Below are positions 1 through 12,419 of a stretch of DNA of 49,890 bases, one piece after another (positions within the stretch are counted from its first letter, which is position 1; each line of letters opens with the position of its first letter). Source of the DNA: Octopus bimaculoides. Its lineage: Eukaryota. The stretch lies in contig NC_068989.1 in assembly GCF_001194135.2 (NCBI RefSeq), positions 27,323,253-27,373,142 on the forward strand, in the 5' to 3' direction. A program made the translations under genes and the position numbers. The notes under the pieces were generated by a model. That model searched no databases. It was not told where the DNA came from and was given only the letters and a program-made list of their open reading frames with translations.

Positions 1-4
1 ATAT

Positions 5-76
<72 letters not shown>

Positions 77-85
77 TTTAGATAT
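1..85. repeat. (ATAG)n microsatellite
   Basis: Near-perfect GATA/ATAG tetranucleotide run. Confidence 0.95.
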
Positions 86-192
86 AGATTCAAAGTTGAA
101 TATGGTACTTATGTGTAGGCACCCGAATATCGCATCCCAAAAGGATAGGTGATTAAAATCAAAAAATAAGCAACACGGATTTCAAAGGTGAT

Positions 193-281
193 TGCAGTAC
201 GCACGTTTCATGCTACTTCAATTTATTTAAGTAATGCGAGCATTACCTTAAATGCAATATGAAGAGCAATCTTCAGCTGCA
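193..281 (-). ncRNA. Type I hammerhead ribozyme motif with long stem II
   Basis: Minus strand: TGCAG-CTGAAGA-[60-nt hairpin with TGCT/AGCA, CTTCA/TGAAG, TTTAA/TTAAA and GTAATGC/GCATTAC arms]-GAAA-CGTGCG-TA-CTGCA. Intact core, 5-bp stem I, GUA cleavage triplet. First pair of stem II is U-U instead of G-C. Confidence 0.6.
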
Positions 282-3200
282 CGAAAAAATGCAGAAAAAT
301 TACAGTAGAAAAGACATATTATAAATGTGGCAACATTTGAAATGTTGCCACAGAATTTTGACAATGCTGTAATTTTAAGTGCTTCTTTATTATTTCATTA
401 CCGAAACGAAGTTTAGTATGTCATGGTGGCTGATGTTAACAGAGAGAGGCAGCAGGATTTGAACTGAATTGAATTGAAAGAGGTTAGGGAAGACAAAGGG
501 AAATATTTTAGAAAGGGCAAAGAGAAGAAACAAAAATTAGGAATAGAGAGAGAAATCAGTAATAACGAGAATTATTAATATAGGAGGAAAGGAATGAAAT
601 TAATGCAAGAAATGCAATTAGGTGTCGCATGATGAACGAGGGCGTTAAAACTAATAGGAAGAATAAGAATTGCTAAACAAGAAAAGAAAAGAAACAAAAT
701 GTGAACGATTGTGATAAGCATGAGTTAAATGAACATGTCAGAAGAGAAAAAAGTACATGACTGAAACATTTATACAAGAATACCTAGAATAGATTTCAGG
801 GTTAGAGAGAAAATACGAATGAATAGGATGAATATAAGTATATAATAGGATAGAGTAGAGTATAAGGTGCGTAACCGTGAAGATAATTTCCAGATGCCGT
901 TTAGTATTGGAGTAATGAATATACCATGTCTTTATTGTGGAGTTCTGTGATTCCACGGTAAAGCCAAAACAACATCTCTGGCAAACTACTCAGTCAAGTG
1001 AAATTGTAATATACTTGTTTACTAAATCAATGAAGTTCTTTTAACTTAAGAAAGACATTCATCGAAGTTAGACACAAAAACCCAATTGAACTAGTCTATC
1101 TTCTTCTGACTAATTCAGCAGTATTCACCTGGAGGCTACACAAAAGCTTATATTGATATTCACTCTTGCATTTTAGTAATTTCTAATAACCAATGTAAAT
1201 ATTGAATGCGCCAAATATTTCTAAATGTTTTATCATCATACCTCTTTTCTGAAAAGTATTTTTCTGGGAGCCTTGTCGAAGAATTTAAGTTCTTTCCTAA
1301 ATTAACAATTTCACTACAAGTTCAATGTCATTTATAATATTTGCATAACACAAATATATTCATTTTCTTCATAAGGGACACTTCACAATGTATTGTCAAC
1401 AGAGCAAGGGATAACATTTACTATTACGGAAGAGCATTAAAGAATTAGGGAAAATACTACAAGACTCCGTTATAATCAGTGATAAAAGACAGAGAGAAAC
1501 TAACCATAGCCATTAAAATTACTAACGAAACATAGTATAGCGCAGGTAATTATTATACACTATGTTTAACTAAAATAATAATTAAAGTAAAGGAAATGTA
1601 AATAATACAGTCATACACTTCAGCGTTTTATTTCAACGTGTAATACTGTATTAACTTTACGTATCACAACAATCCCAGGCGTCAAAGCTTTGATAAAATT
1701 ATCTGGTCTTATTGCTCAAATACACAATAAAATCCTCTCAAGAAGGTATGTTAATACACTCTAGAAAATAAAACATTTTTTTTTTAATTATCTTCTCAGA
1801 CCACTGAACGTTTAGCCTTGTAATTCAAACTATCGATTTATTTGCCAAGTATATAAAGGAATTTTTTGTGTAGTCTTTGAAATCAGCCACTTTAATCTGA
1901 AAACTATTTTGAAAGCCGGTTCTGCACTCACGAAACCGATCAAATGATATGATATCCAGATATTAATTGTAGTCACGAGGGACGATTAGAACTAAACTTT
2001 GATGGCTATTATTATCTTTCTTTTTTCGTTTTGTCCTACGCTCTAAGCTAATTTCCTTCCAGAGCCAAAACTACTTCACAGGCTGCACTGCGATTGCTAA
2101 ATATATATGAGCGGTATAGTGGGTATGACGCAACGAGTTACACAACTCTTCTGTAGAGCCGTGTTCTTGTACCACTATATAACATTTTTATTTTCTTGAG
2201 TGAAAACTATTAGGAATATTATATTTTTGATTAACAAATTCTATTATCGGAGTAAAATATTTTCTTTGATTCCGGTAATTGACTAGTAGCTGTTTCACAG
2301 ACTCCCCAATACACAGAAACAAAGCCAATCTAAATTAGATTAGTTTCAGTGAGGTGACCAAATATCACCATTCTTTTCTTGTCATATTTTATTAGGATCG
2401 TAATCACGAATAACCCTATTAGGCAAAAACGTAACGGAAGTTTTATTCAAAAACATATATATATTTCACATTTTTTTTTATCACTAGTGTCTAGAGTGTG
2501 ACTACTAAACCCCAGAATCATGAAAGATTGCCATTCATTGATGGCTCAGGTCACTATTTACGTGATTTGTTGTATGGTGATACGATATGAATTGAGTAAA
2601 CATTATCTTCCTTTCTACAGTACATCGTATAAAACCAATACAGAAAAGACAAGGACAAACACACGTTCACACACATACATATATGTGTATGTATGCATGT
2701 ATATAAACCATATAACGTGAGAGAGAGAGAGAGAGGAAAAGTAACAGAGAGTGAGTCCCCATGTGTTTTAATAAATCGTTTAATACATCCGGTATCATTA
2801 CATCATCAAAGAGAGATGTTTAATAGACGAGGCATTTATTCTTAGTTCGACGCAAGTTACAAGCATCTTTTTTTTTTTTTGTCCCTAGAGAGAATTTTTA
2901 AAGTAGGCTTCTACTGCATTTCAAATTTGATTTTAAGTGACTGCAGTAATTATAAATATATTAAAGTACAGTTTAACATACTTAATTTAGCCAGCTAAAT
3001 ATAATTTTTAATCAACTAAAATTTCACACTTCATGAGAAGTTCAATTATTGTTGAGGACAGTTATTGAAGGAAATGATGAAACTACCAGAATTTAAATTA
3101 TTACAAGAGAAATATTGAGTCATAATGTGAGGAACAAGATTGATTTTTATTAAGGATGTTGGAGATGCCCAATATGTTGGGACTATATTTCTGAAGAATT

Positions 3201-3376
3201 TATGTGTGTAAAACGTGTTCAACAGATTTCAGCGTGATGGAGACTAATAATAAATTAATTAAGGGCAATGGTAAAATTTGAAGAAATGCGAAGAAATATG
3301 AAGTCTCATCAAAATGTAAGGCAAAATTAAGTGTCAGCTAAAAAGAAAGGCAAAATAATTTGTTGATTACTTTAAA

Positions 3377-3503
3377 CTACTCTCGTATTTTATATAACTA
3401 TAAATTACACTCGTATTATAAATTTACACTCACATATAAATTACTCTCGTATCAATTACACTCGTATTTACACTTGTATTTATGTATAAACTACACTCGT
3501 ATG
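3377..3503. repeat. Short degenerate repeat of TAC(A/T)CTCGTAT
   Basis: About 6-7 imperfect copies at irregular spacing. Confidence 0.6.
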
Positions 3504-3580
3504 TACTATAAAATATAGTATTTACAGATCATACTTCAGACAGAGAGAGAGAGTAATATGGAGTGGAGGAGCGTAGTTGG

Positions 3581-3637
3581 TTATTTTGTCGATCCCAAAT
3601 GGATGAAAGGCAAAATTGACCTCAGTAAGATCGGAAC
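3581..3637 (-). mobile_element. tRNA-derived SINE, central fragment
   Basis: Reverse complement matches the GACTTTGCCTTTCATCC...GTCGATAAAATAA segment of the fuller copy at 34344-34575. Confidence 0.6.
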
Positions 3638-3794
3638 AAAGACCTTAGAAAAAAAGCTAGACAGTGGGAACAAACACTACAAAACACTTATCGATCGCCC
3701 ATAAAAACTATACCCGTCCACAACCCTTTTAAGGACTGAAATTTAAACGAGAAGATTAGTCGATTAAACCGATAGCAGTTTTTAGTGCTACATT

Positions 3795-3925
3795 ATTTTA
3801 TCATATCAGGGTGGTATTAAATGCAAAGTATACCGCGGTGGAATTCGAACTTAGAATGAAGAGTCGACACTAATACCGCTATATATCTTCCAACGTTCCT
3901 ACGATTCCGTCAACCCACCTTCCTA
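3795..3925 (-). mobile_element. tRNA-derived SINE, degraded 5' half
   Basis: GGAATTCGAACTTAGAA is the reverse complement of a B-box-like TTCTAAGTTCGAATTCC; flanks resemble the other SINE heads in the window. Confidence 0.5.
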
Positions 3926-5559
3926 AGCATGATTAATAACGGATCTACATATCCACAGAAGTAGTGACAGAATACATGTAGATTTACGATTGTTGCAATT
4001 TAAATATATTATATTTCAACGAATGAAATACTTGTGAGAAATTATGCAAAAGGTTGAATAGAAAACCAGTTTGTCTCTCATAATTTATCAACTGTAACGA
4101 CTTACCTATGAAATTATATTACCAACAAAATTTACCTTTTCTTCTGAAGACACTGTAGTTTGAGATGTTTTAAATGTATTTCCATTCTGTTTGGGTTACA
4201 CACGTAAACACATTTTAGTATTGCTCATTGAGAAGATATTTCCGAGATGGATAAGCTGTATGCACGACTATTAGCATGATTAAAATAAATCACGTTGAAA
4301 TTTAGTTAGGACTTCAAGGAGATTATATTCTTTTATTTTAAACTACTTATGACAACTCGGAGTAATTATAAATACACCTTGACCAGCAAAGCTTTAATAA
4401 TTGAGATATAATTTTGGTTTGATTTCCGGCCGACGGGCTTCGTATTCATCTCATTATAAAGGCACTTCGTTGAAATTTAAGGATAAGACTAGTCACTCAA
4501 TAACGTGACATAAAAGTTAACTTTACTAATAAGGGTAGCGAGTGTAAAGTTCCAACTAATCGTTATTGTTTGATTCACTGAAAGCAGAGAGTGAGTCATA
4601 TAATACGAAATTTATTAATGATTTGTTGGGCAACAATAGTAATAGACGATACCATTGGCTTCTTTCTGATCAGTTCAAAAGGCTTTACGAGAGTGCAATT
4701 CAATAACTTGACAAAGATATCAAAATAATGATCTCGATGTCATTATCAGGGACAAGATTGTTGCTGAAAGGGAATAGCTAAAACAATGAAGTAACATACA
4801 ATTACTATTCTTGTCACCCGACCAGCTACAATTAGCTCTAAAATCTTCCTGATATCGCAGATTAGCCTCTTAAACGTAGGCCTACAACACGTATCGGATT
4901 ATACAGCCGCAATAATTAATGATGGATAGTTAAGAATGTATTACGTTATATACGTTACCAATCAGGACTAAGTGAAGCAAACAACGAAATCTATAAGGAG
5001 GCCAAATAGTTATTGAAATATTAATAATTGATCTAATCGACTGCAAACACTCAAAATTGACTGATATTCTTTCAGGAAAATTAGTTCGATTTCTGATTTA
5101 ATAACATCACACGCACAGAAATTCAAAACTTACACACGAACGCATATACATACAGGCGCATAACAAAAGTATACATGCAAAAATATTTTGTACATTAAGT
5201 AGTTCAAATTCAGATTGATATTTACTATTTATGTTGAGCATCATATGTCTAAATGGTCTCTTACAACCACCAGCTTCTAGAAACTTAAAATCATAATTTA
5301 ATGTGTTTCGATACAAACGTATGTATGTATTATACATGTATAGTTAGCTTCTATTTTACTTGATATTAGTCGTAGGTGTGTATCAGTTGTGTATGTCAGA
5401 TATGTAGAATGCACTCAGTGTTACATGAACTTGGTTAATTATATCAAAGTATCAGATACCAATAAATTCAAATAGAATTAACATCGAAGTTAATTTTTCA
5501 CATATGATAAGTAAATCCGACTATCGCTTAGAATATTTTCAAGATATCTAGAGGTTTAG

Positions 5560-7040
5560 TAAGGTTAACCTCGAAAGGTAGCGGAAAATTTTTTTTAATT
5601 TTTAAACGTCTCAGCCTGTCTCTTTCTCTAGAAAAGGAGTATACTAAGGTGAACTTTATTGATGTTACTCTGTATTTACCTACAGGACCACAAACCATAC
5701 CATAAACCGAATGAATGCTTAAGGTATGTAAAGAAAAGTCATAATCATCCTACAATCATCACAAATTCTATCTTTAAAATTTATCAACACGTATTTCGAG
5801 GCTTTCTGCTAGTTAGGATGTATTGTCACGAAATTTAAAACACAATAACCACGCATTATGTGAAGCAGGGCATAAGGATAAAATGAACTACATCCAGAAT
5901 CAAAATACTAATAAAATTTTCGGCTGTGATAGGATATTAAATATGAGATCCTTGATAAAAATGATACAGTAAGCAGTTTTACTTAAGTAAGTAATAGCAA
6001 GAATAATAATACAAATATGATTGGTAAAGAGGGAGACTTGGAGATAAACATATTATTAATAAGCATAGACATTACTCTGAAGATAATAAACTCATAATGG
6101 TTCTTCAGTTATGAATAGATTTAAGCAAAAGAATTATGGCAAATAAACATATAATTTCGGAATTAAGAATTATAATCATGCTGATAACGTTAATAATATT
6201 AGGGAAAAGTCTATGTAAATAATAGAAGGAATGACATCTGGTATAATGCATCATTCGCATCTTACATAACTACTAATATTCCTCAGAAATACTGTGTTGC
6301 ACTAACTAAATATTACCCACCTTCAATTTGAATGGAAAATTATTTATTCGCCATGGAGTAAAATGTTCCTATTTAACGACTGGAAATTTGACTGAAAATG
6401 GTAGCAGCATATAACAAGAATAAAATTAAACAGTATTTCAACAGTATCTCAACTCAATATTGGTAAACATGAGTAGAATTGAAAGGGCTACTTGTGAGAT
6501 AAAGTCTAAAGATAATTTTCCTGAGCTACTCTTTGACACGTTAGGTTAAGGCAATTCCAACTTTGAAACTGATAGTACCTTTAAGATAATAGCTGATAAT
6601 AATGTTGATTATAATACTGCAAATAATCCTAGTTTAACGCCTAATTCTGAGAGGGGAATTAGTACCAGTTCCTTTAACCATGAGTGCTAACTACATATGA
6701 GTCAATAAACGCCTTTTTACTTTCAAAACAATTAAAAAGTTATGCGCTTTAGACAATCAGTATTTGAGGAAGATAGAAGCATATAAGGGGATCGTGGATA
6801 TTATTATATAGGTTCTTCTGGTACAATTTGGTAATCTAGATTTCATAGCCATTTAATCTATGAAGAAAACTACGAATCTTATTAAATGCATTTGCGATGT
6901 GAAAGACAGGAATATTAACTAGGATATAAAGTGGTTCATTAATTACCCTTCCACATACAACAACGTCAATTTTAAATGCGATTTTTACTGGTGTTTTTGA
7001 TGATGTAATCGATGGAATTGATTTATTAATCAATCAAACA
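5560..7040 (+). mobile_element. Decayed Penelope-like element (RT end, thumb, GIY-YIG)
   Basis: Frameshifted peptides in PLE order: IFKRLSLSLSLEKEYTKVNFIDVTL (~5598-5672), YHKPNECLRYVKKSHNHP, RRNDIWYNASF...TNIPQKYCVALTKYYPP (~6224), YYIGSSGTIW*SRFHSH (~6800), TTNLIKCICDVKDRNIN*DIKWFINYPSTYNNVNFKC. The last aligns by eye with STGLSRYIWELNDNKIEYKLKWHILKVANSYNPTNRRC of the copy at 29.5-30.2 kb. May extend upstream to ~4400. Confidence 0.7.
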
Positions 7041-7424
7041 CGCTGCTGAAACAGGCGATGTGAATGACTAAAATTCATTTGTGTAACCAATTTATGAAAC
7101 ACTATATCTAGAACTATCCTTTTTGTTAAATCTATAACTTGGATTTGGTCGTGGATTTACGTATGCATCTGTGTATATATATGTGTGTGTTTTTGTCTGC
7201 ATGTCTGTCTGTGTATTCATATGTATATACGGGTATATTTTGTTGCATATAACTCATATGTCTACATAAACGTAGAACTCGAGCCTCTCCTGGTGCTTGA
7301 ATCTTGAAATCTAGTTGCTAACGAATGTATGAATGTACGTGTGTGTAAGTATGTATGTATATATATGTATGTTTGTATGTATGTATATATGTATGTATGT
7401 GTGCATGTATTCTTTTATCATTTT

Positions 7425-7551
7425 ATTCTTTTACGTGTTTCAGTGATTTGACTGCAGCCATGATAGAGCAACAGCTTTAGTCGAACAAATCGACCTCAGG
7501 ACTTATTCTTTGTAAGCCTAGTACTTATTTTATCAGTAACTTGTGTCGAAC
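7425..7551 (-). mobile_element. SINE variant (second tail type), 3' part
   Basis: Shares TGACTG..GCCATG.T.GAGCA.C.GC.TTTAGTCGAAC with the opposite-strand copy at 37420-37556, and the ATCGACC.CAG...GTACTTATTTTATC segment with the main SINE family. Confidence 0.6.
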
Positions 7552-8305
7552 AAACATCTATTTGTTATTTCTTGACGAAAATAAAACATGGCTTCCCTGA
7601 CGTCAATACACATATACACATACAGAATATACACACATATAATTAATGTCATGGCTTGTAAATCAACACAAGCACATGTACACTATTTTTGACGTATACG
7701 CACACATAGTAATCTCACTCTCTTTCTCTTCCACTCTCTACAAAAAAACGTCGACTTTCACCCCTTCCTTTGTCATTCATATGTTGTGATGGAGACAAAA
7801 GAGAAAGAATGTTTCTATTTTCTCGCTTGTTAAACACAGCACGACGTTTTGTCAGTGAACAGGGCGGTTTCAATGCGGCGAAAATATTTTGACATAAATT
7901 ACATTTAAATGTTGAAGTGAAACTAACGGTTTTTGTGTATTCTTGAATGGCTTACAAAGATCTTCCACGCTGCAATTGTTTTTATTTCAGCACACGATCT
8001 CAGAACAAGTCACTTCCTATGCAAGTACATATTTTAATCATTTAAAGATATATTTTAAATGAATGCGATTTCAAAAATATAAGTTGTATGTACATTAAGT
8101 ATTTATATTTTAGCTTTCTTTAAACAGACAATATGTTAATGTCTTTTTTTAATTAATTCCAAGTGAATACAATTGGCATATTTAAAATGAAATTGAATTT
8201 AAAAATACAGTAAATATTTCATCAAAGACCCATTTGTAACTGCGGTGTGAAATAGTTTTTTTTTCCATAGATTTTTTTCGAATGCATTCAAGGAATCTCA
8301 CCTCC

Positions 8306-8419
8306 AAAGATTTGGTTGCTATTTCTAGCAGGTCTTGCTACCACATAACAGCTATTTGCGATAAGGGACCCGAAATACGTTTTGCATGGTAGCAACCACG
8401 AAATAGCAGCCAAATCTTT
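8306..8419. repeat. Short foldback inverted repeat
   Basis: AAAGATTTGGTTGCTATTTC (8306-8325) matches the reverse complement of 8400-8419 at 19/20; inner arms TTGCTACCA/TGGTAGCAA (8335-8343/8387-8395). Confidence 0.75.
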
Positions 8420-8552
8420 CCTTGGATGTCATATTCGTGGAAAAATATGCGAAATAACCTTGAAAAGAGAAAAAAGTTTACCGACGAAACAGAACTCTGT
8501 CGCTGAGAAAGTCAGTTTCCTAGTGAGCCAACGGGTCACGAGTTATCTAGTG

Positions 8553-8596
8553 TGTATATATATATATATATATATATGCATGTATGTCTATATATG

Positions 8597-8657
<61 letters not shown>

Positions 8658-8899
8658 NNNNNNNNNNNNNNNNNNNNNNNNNNNNNNNNNNNNNNNNNNN
8701 NNNNNNNNNNNNNNNNNNNNNNNNNNNNNNNNNNNNNNNNNNNNNNNNNNNNNNNNNNNNNNNNNNNNNNNNNNNNNNNNNNNNNNNNNNNNNNNNNNNN
8801 NNNNNNNNNNNNNNNNNNNNNNNNNNNNNNNNNNNNNNNNNNNNNNNNNNNNNNNNNNNNNNNNNNNNNNNNNNNNNNNNNNNNNNNNNNNNNNNNNNN

Positions 8900-8940
<41 letters not shown>
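8553..8940. repeat. (TA)n/(GT)n microsatellites flanking assembly gap 8658-8899
   Basis: Direct reading. Confidence 0.95.
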
Positions 8941-8943
<3 letters not shown>

Positions 8944-8944
8944 T

Positions 8945-9575
8945 AAAAGTTTGTTGAACAAAATATTCAATTGAATATCCTTAATTAATAGACATACCCT
9001 GAGATTATCTTTATTCGATAGACATACCCTGAGATTATCCTTATTTCATAGATATACGTTGAGATTATCCTTTAGCTGTGCACCTAGTGTAAAAAATATT
9101 TTAATAGGTAGTCCCAGACCCGAGGCCGATGCAGAATGCTCATGCAGGGGTAACACAACTTGTCCACTAAATGGCACCTGCAATACGCAAGCAGGTGTTT
9201 ACGAGGCAGGATTAAGAGCAACTGGACTCAATGGACAACCGAACGTGCGGAGGTGTGTGGGGGCCACAGAAACCCCCTGCAGGACCCGCTCTAATAACCA
9301 CAAATCCTCATTCAACATCCCAGAGAGACGTAACTCCACAACCTAACCAAGCACGTCTGGACGTTCATAGAAAGCGCCACAGAATACAGCATAAAGGGGA
9401 AGATACTAGAAAGATGGAAACCGTACTTTAATAGCAGCGGGAAGTTCACAGAAGAGGGCAATTTTAAAAGGTAAGCAACGCCTGAAATTTTACCTGAATA
9501 GCAGGAGTGAGGTGTTTAATCCTTGCCCGCATGAAAGGAAGGACATTCTATCGTACCTGCACGCCCCACCATGAC
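8945..9575 (+). mobile_element. 5'-truncated Penelope-like element, GIY-YIG endonuclease region (pseudogenised)
   Basis: KSLLNKIFN*ISLINRHTLRLS...FSCAPSVKNIL...CSCRGNTTCPLNGTC...VYEA...CVGATETPCRTRSNNHKSSF...NSTT, then a frameshifted tail LNSRSEVFNPCPH. These are standard PLE linker and EN motifs. Confidence 0.85.
8988..9073 (+). repeat. 30-bp tandem triplication inside the PLE reading frame
   Basis: ATAGACATACCCTGAGATTATC-based unit at 8988, 9018 and 9048; reads NRHTLRLSLF DRHTLRLSLF HRYTLRLSFS. Confidence 0.9.
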
Positions 9576-10749
9576 ACTTATTTTTAGAATGCAAATCCAC
9601 TTGTTTTTAAAAATACAAATATAGCCAATGCATCCACCGTAAGGAGTCCCCTGCACTTGTTAAGGCAAAGTTACTTTGTTGCCCGAAAATAAAAAAATCT
9701 GAACCCTGCAACTCTGAAAATAATAGTAGCTGAAAGCAAACACCCTGTCAATTTAACCTAAGAAATAATAATCTAAATTCTGCTACTCTTAATATTGAAT
9801 TAAAGCAGGTCGTCGTAGTGCTTTCGTTTGTTTAATAAAACTTCCTCCTCGTATAATTATTTTGCTTTCGATTTGTAATAGACAAATATCTATGCCAGTG
9901 TGGTTGTCATCATCGATACCACCAGAAGCTCTACCCAAAATGTTTGCGAGTTAGTTACCTACGCACAGTAAGGAGTGCCCTGACGTATACATTAAAACCG
10001 TATTACACCTTCAAAAACAAGGAATACTGGTGGAACACTTCAATAAAAATATCAGTGCAAACATAAGAGCTTGATATTGTTCGTTGGGTCAGGGAACAAA
10101 TGTCACGCACTTTTTTGTTTGTCAGCTGCCCCCAAAAAGATAAAATTTATGGCGAATTAATGCGGAACTTGCAGCTCTTGTGACATTTGTACCTATCATC
10201 ATAGGTGGATCATGTTATGTGCCAACAAATTTACACTAACATGGAAAGATAGGATTTTCGAAGAAAGACCAAAAGAAATGATATGAATTCTCCAAATCCA
10301 ATCTGTTAGTGGCTCAGTGAAGATTCGTAAGACATTTCAAAAATTCGTCATCTGAGACTCTTTAGAGAAACAAATGCACACAGCTGGGTGTGTGCATCGC
10401 CAGTTCATCTAACACTCCAACTCAACCTCATATTTACATACATACATTCATAAATACATACATACATACATACATACATACATACATAATACATGTGTGT
10501 ATGCGCGTGCATGTAAAGAGAGAGTGTGTTACTGCATATGTGTCTATTTATTGAAGGTATACTGAATAATAGAAAAATTAGAAACGAATTTATGAAACTT
10601 AATACATCACGTCGTCGAAAACATGGCAGCAACAAACTGTGCGAAACGTGTGTGAGTATATTTGATTTGTCTAGTGAGTGTAAAATCTGAAAACGCGTAC
10701 AATGATTACTGTGCAAACCCACCGCATGTCCATATCTAAGAACGTTCGA

Positions 10750-11560
10750 GATAGTAAAAGTGAAGGACGCTTGTTAGTTCACTACTATAACACTTCAGAA
10801 TTTACCATGTACTAAATCTTCGAATGGTATTTATGAAGACTTCTGGAATTTCACTGCAAATCCACTTTTATTGTACTAGTTATAAGTACAACATAACTTT
10901 ATAGTATTACGTATAGCAGTTAAATGAGTGTTGCGGGAAGATTTTCAAGTATCATGTTTGATATTAGCATTTACTAGTAGATGCACCGATGAAAGTTCTA
11001 ATTGTAGTTCTATAAAGAGGGGAATGTCTAGATCCTATTTGACACTTAAAATATTTGAATAGAAAAGAAATACTTCAATTAGAATGTGCTTTTAGTAAAA
11101 TGAGTTTTATGTAACCAATTTCATAGACTTTGACACTCGTTGTAGATCACCATAAAACTTAGATGCAAGCTACTCGACTGAAGTAGTTTACATTTTTTCT
11201 CAATAAATATGTTTCTCAGAGTGCGTTCCATGCTTTTCGGCTCAAAAAGGTTTTGCTTAATAAGATTTAATAAAAATATATTTATAAATCAATAATGGGT
11301 ATTGAGTATGGTTCAACTGAATCAGATGTCATTATTGCCATTTCAGTTGAATGTATGCCACTGGACTGTAACGATGTTCTATGGAGAGGTAGTGTTACTG
11401 CGAGATAACTGGGAGCTTTGACAACATGAAGTAATAATGCCTTTAATCGAAACATTTCGCCTCGCGGCTTGACATTGAGCTCATAAATGTGGTATAAAAT
11501 CGCTGTACCGATATTGTTCTTTTTTTTTTTTAACTTGTGTAGGAATTTATTATAGTTTGC
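10750..11560 (-). mobile_element. Highly decayed PLE relic (RT core to EN)
   Basis: GTAILYHIYE...GEMFRLKAL-26 aa-G keeps the spacing of PLE GLYIL...GLYRDDGL-26 aa-G. Followed by VEPYSIP, PKSMERTLRNI, TFIGAST and ILKCYSSEL in PLE order. Identity is low. Confidence 0.4.
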
Positions 11561-12131
11561 GCAAAGCAATATATAATAGATTTGGAGATCATTTTTTGTT
11601 TCATTGAAACATTCGAATGTCAGAAAATTCTATGGATCTATACTGATGTTTGGAGTTATTAATGAACTAGTGAAACCAGACCAACTGTAAATGATACAGA
11701 TATTGAAGGTGTACACACATCAAATTGCAATTCACCGATGGACAATAGATCTGCATCTTGTTGAAAATGAGTAGATGTCCATGAAACGTTTAAATTTTAT
11801 GCTACTTATTTATTTTTATAATACTGATGGCAAGCAGACACTAGGTTTGTTTACTTCTACTAGCAAACTATGAATGCATATGGAATCTAATAAGATGACA
11901 AGCAATAATAAACACTCGAAAAATTATATAGGAAAAACAAGGAAATTGTAAGACAATTCTAATGCATTCCTCATAGTTGCAGAATTCATATTTCTAAAGT
12001 ATTTACTAAACCGTGTGCAAACGATATATCGTACAAGTTTGATACCGATTGTATCCGTTAAAAAATTTGAAACTGTTCTTTTTCAAAACTATGCCACATT
12101 AAGGATGTTGACGTGAAATAAGTATCTATTT

Positions 12132-12167
<36 letters not shown>

Positions 12168-12419
12168 ATAAATAAAAACAGATATGTGCAAAGATATTGC
12201 TGAGTTTTAATTCTGCGTCTTCGAAATAGCTTTTGCAACAAAACAAAATTTCTTTTTTTTGTAGAAGTTCTGCAATACATAGGATGAGAAATAACATTTT
12301 TAATTGCTTTCGAAATTTTATGAAAACGCAGGATATAATATGGGATAAGTATATTGCAGTAGGCAGGGATAGAGCAACAAGAGGTAAAACAAAATAGCTT
12401 GCGTTGTAACACGAATCAA

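Noticed and set aside
160-215. Minus-strand resemblance to the 3' end of 5S rRNA
   Set aside because: Only scattered matches, no 5' half, and the region is better explained by the hammerhead flank.
9639-9982. 15-mer GTAAGGAGT(C/G)CCCTG repeated 329 bp apart
   Set aside because: No flanking homology; a match of this size is plausible by chance somewhere in 50 kb.
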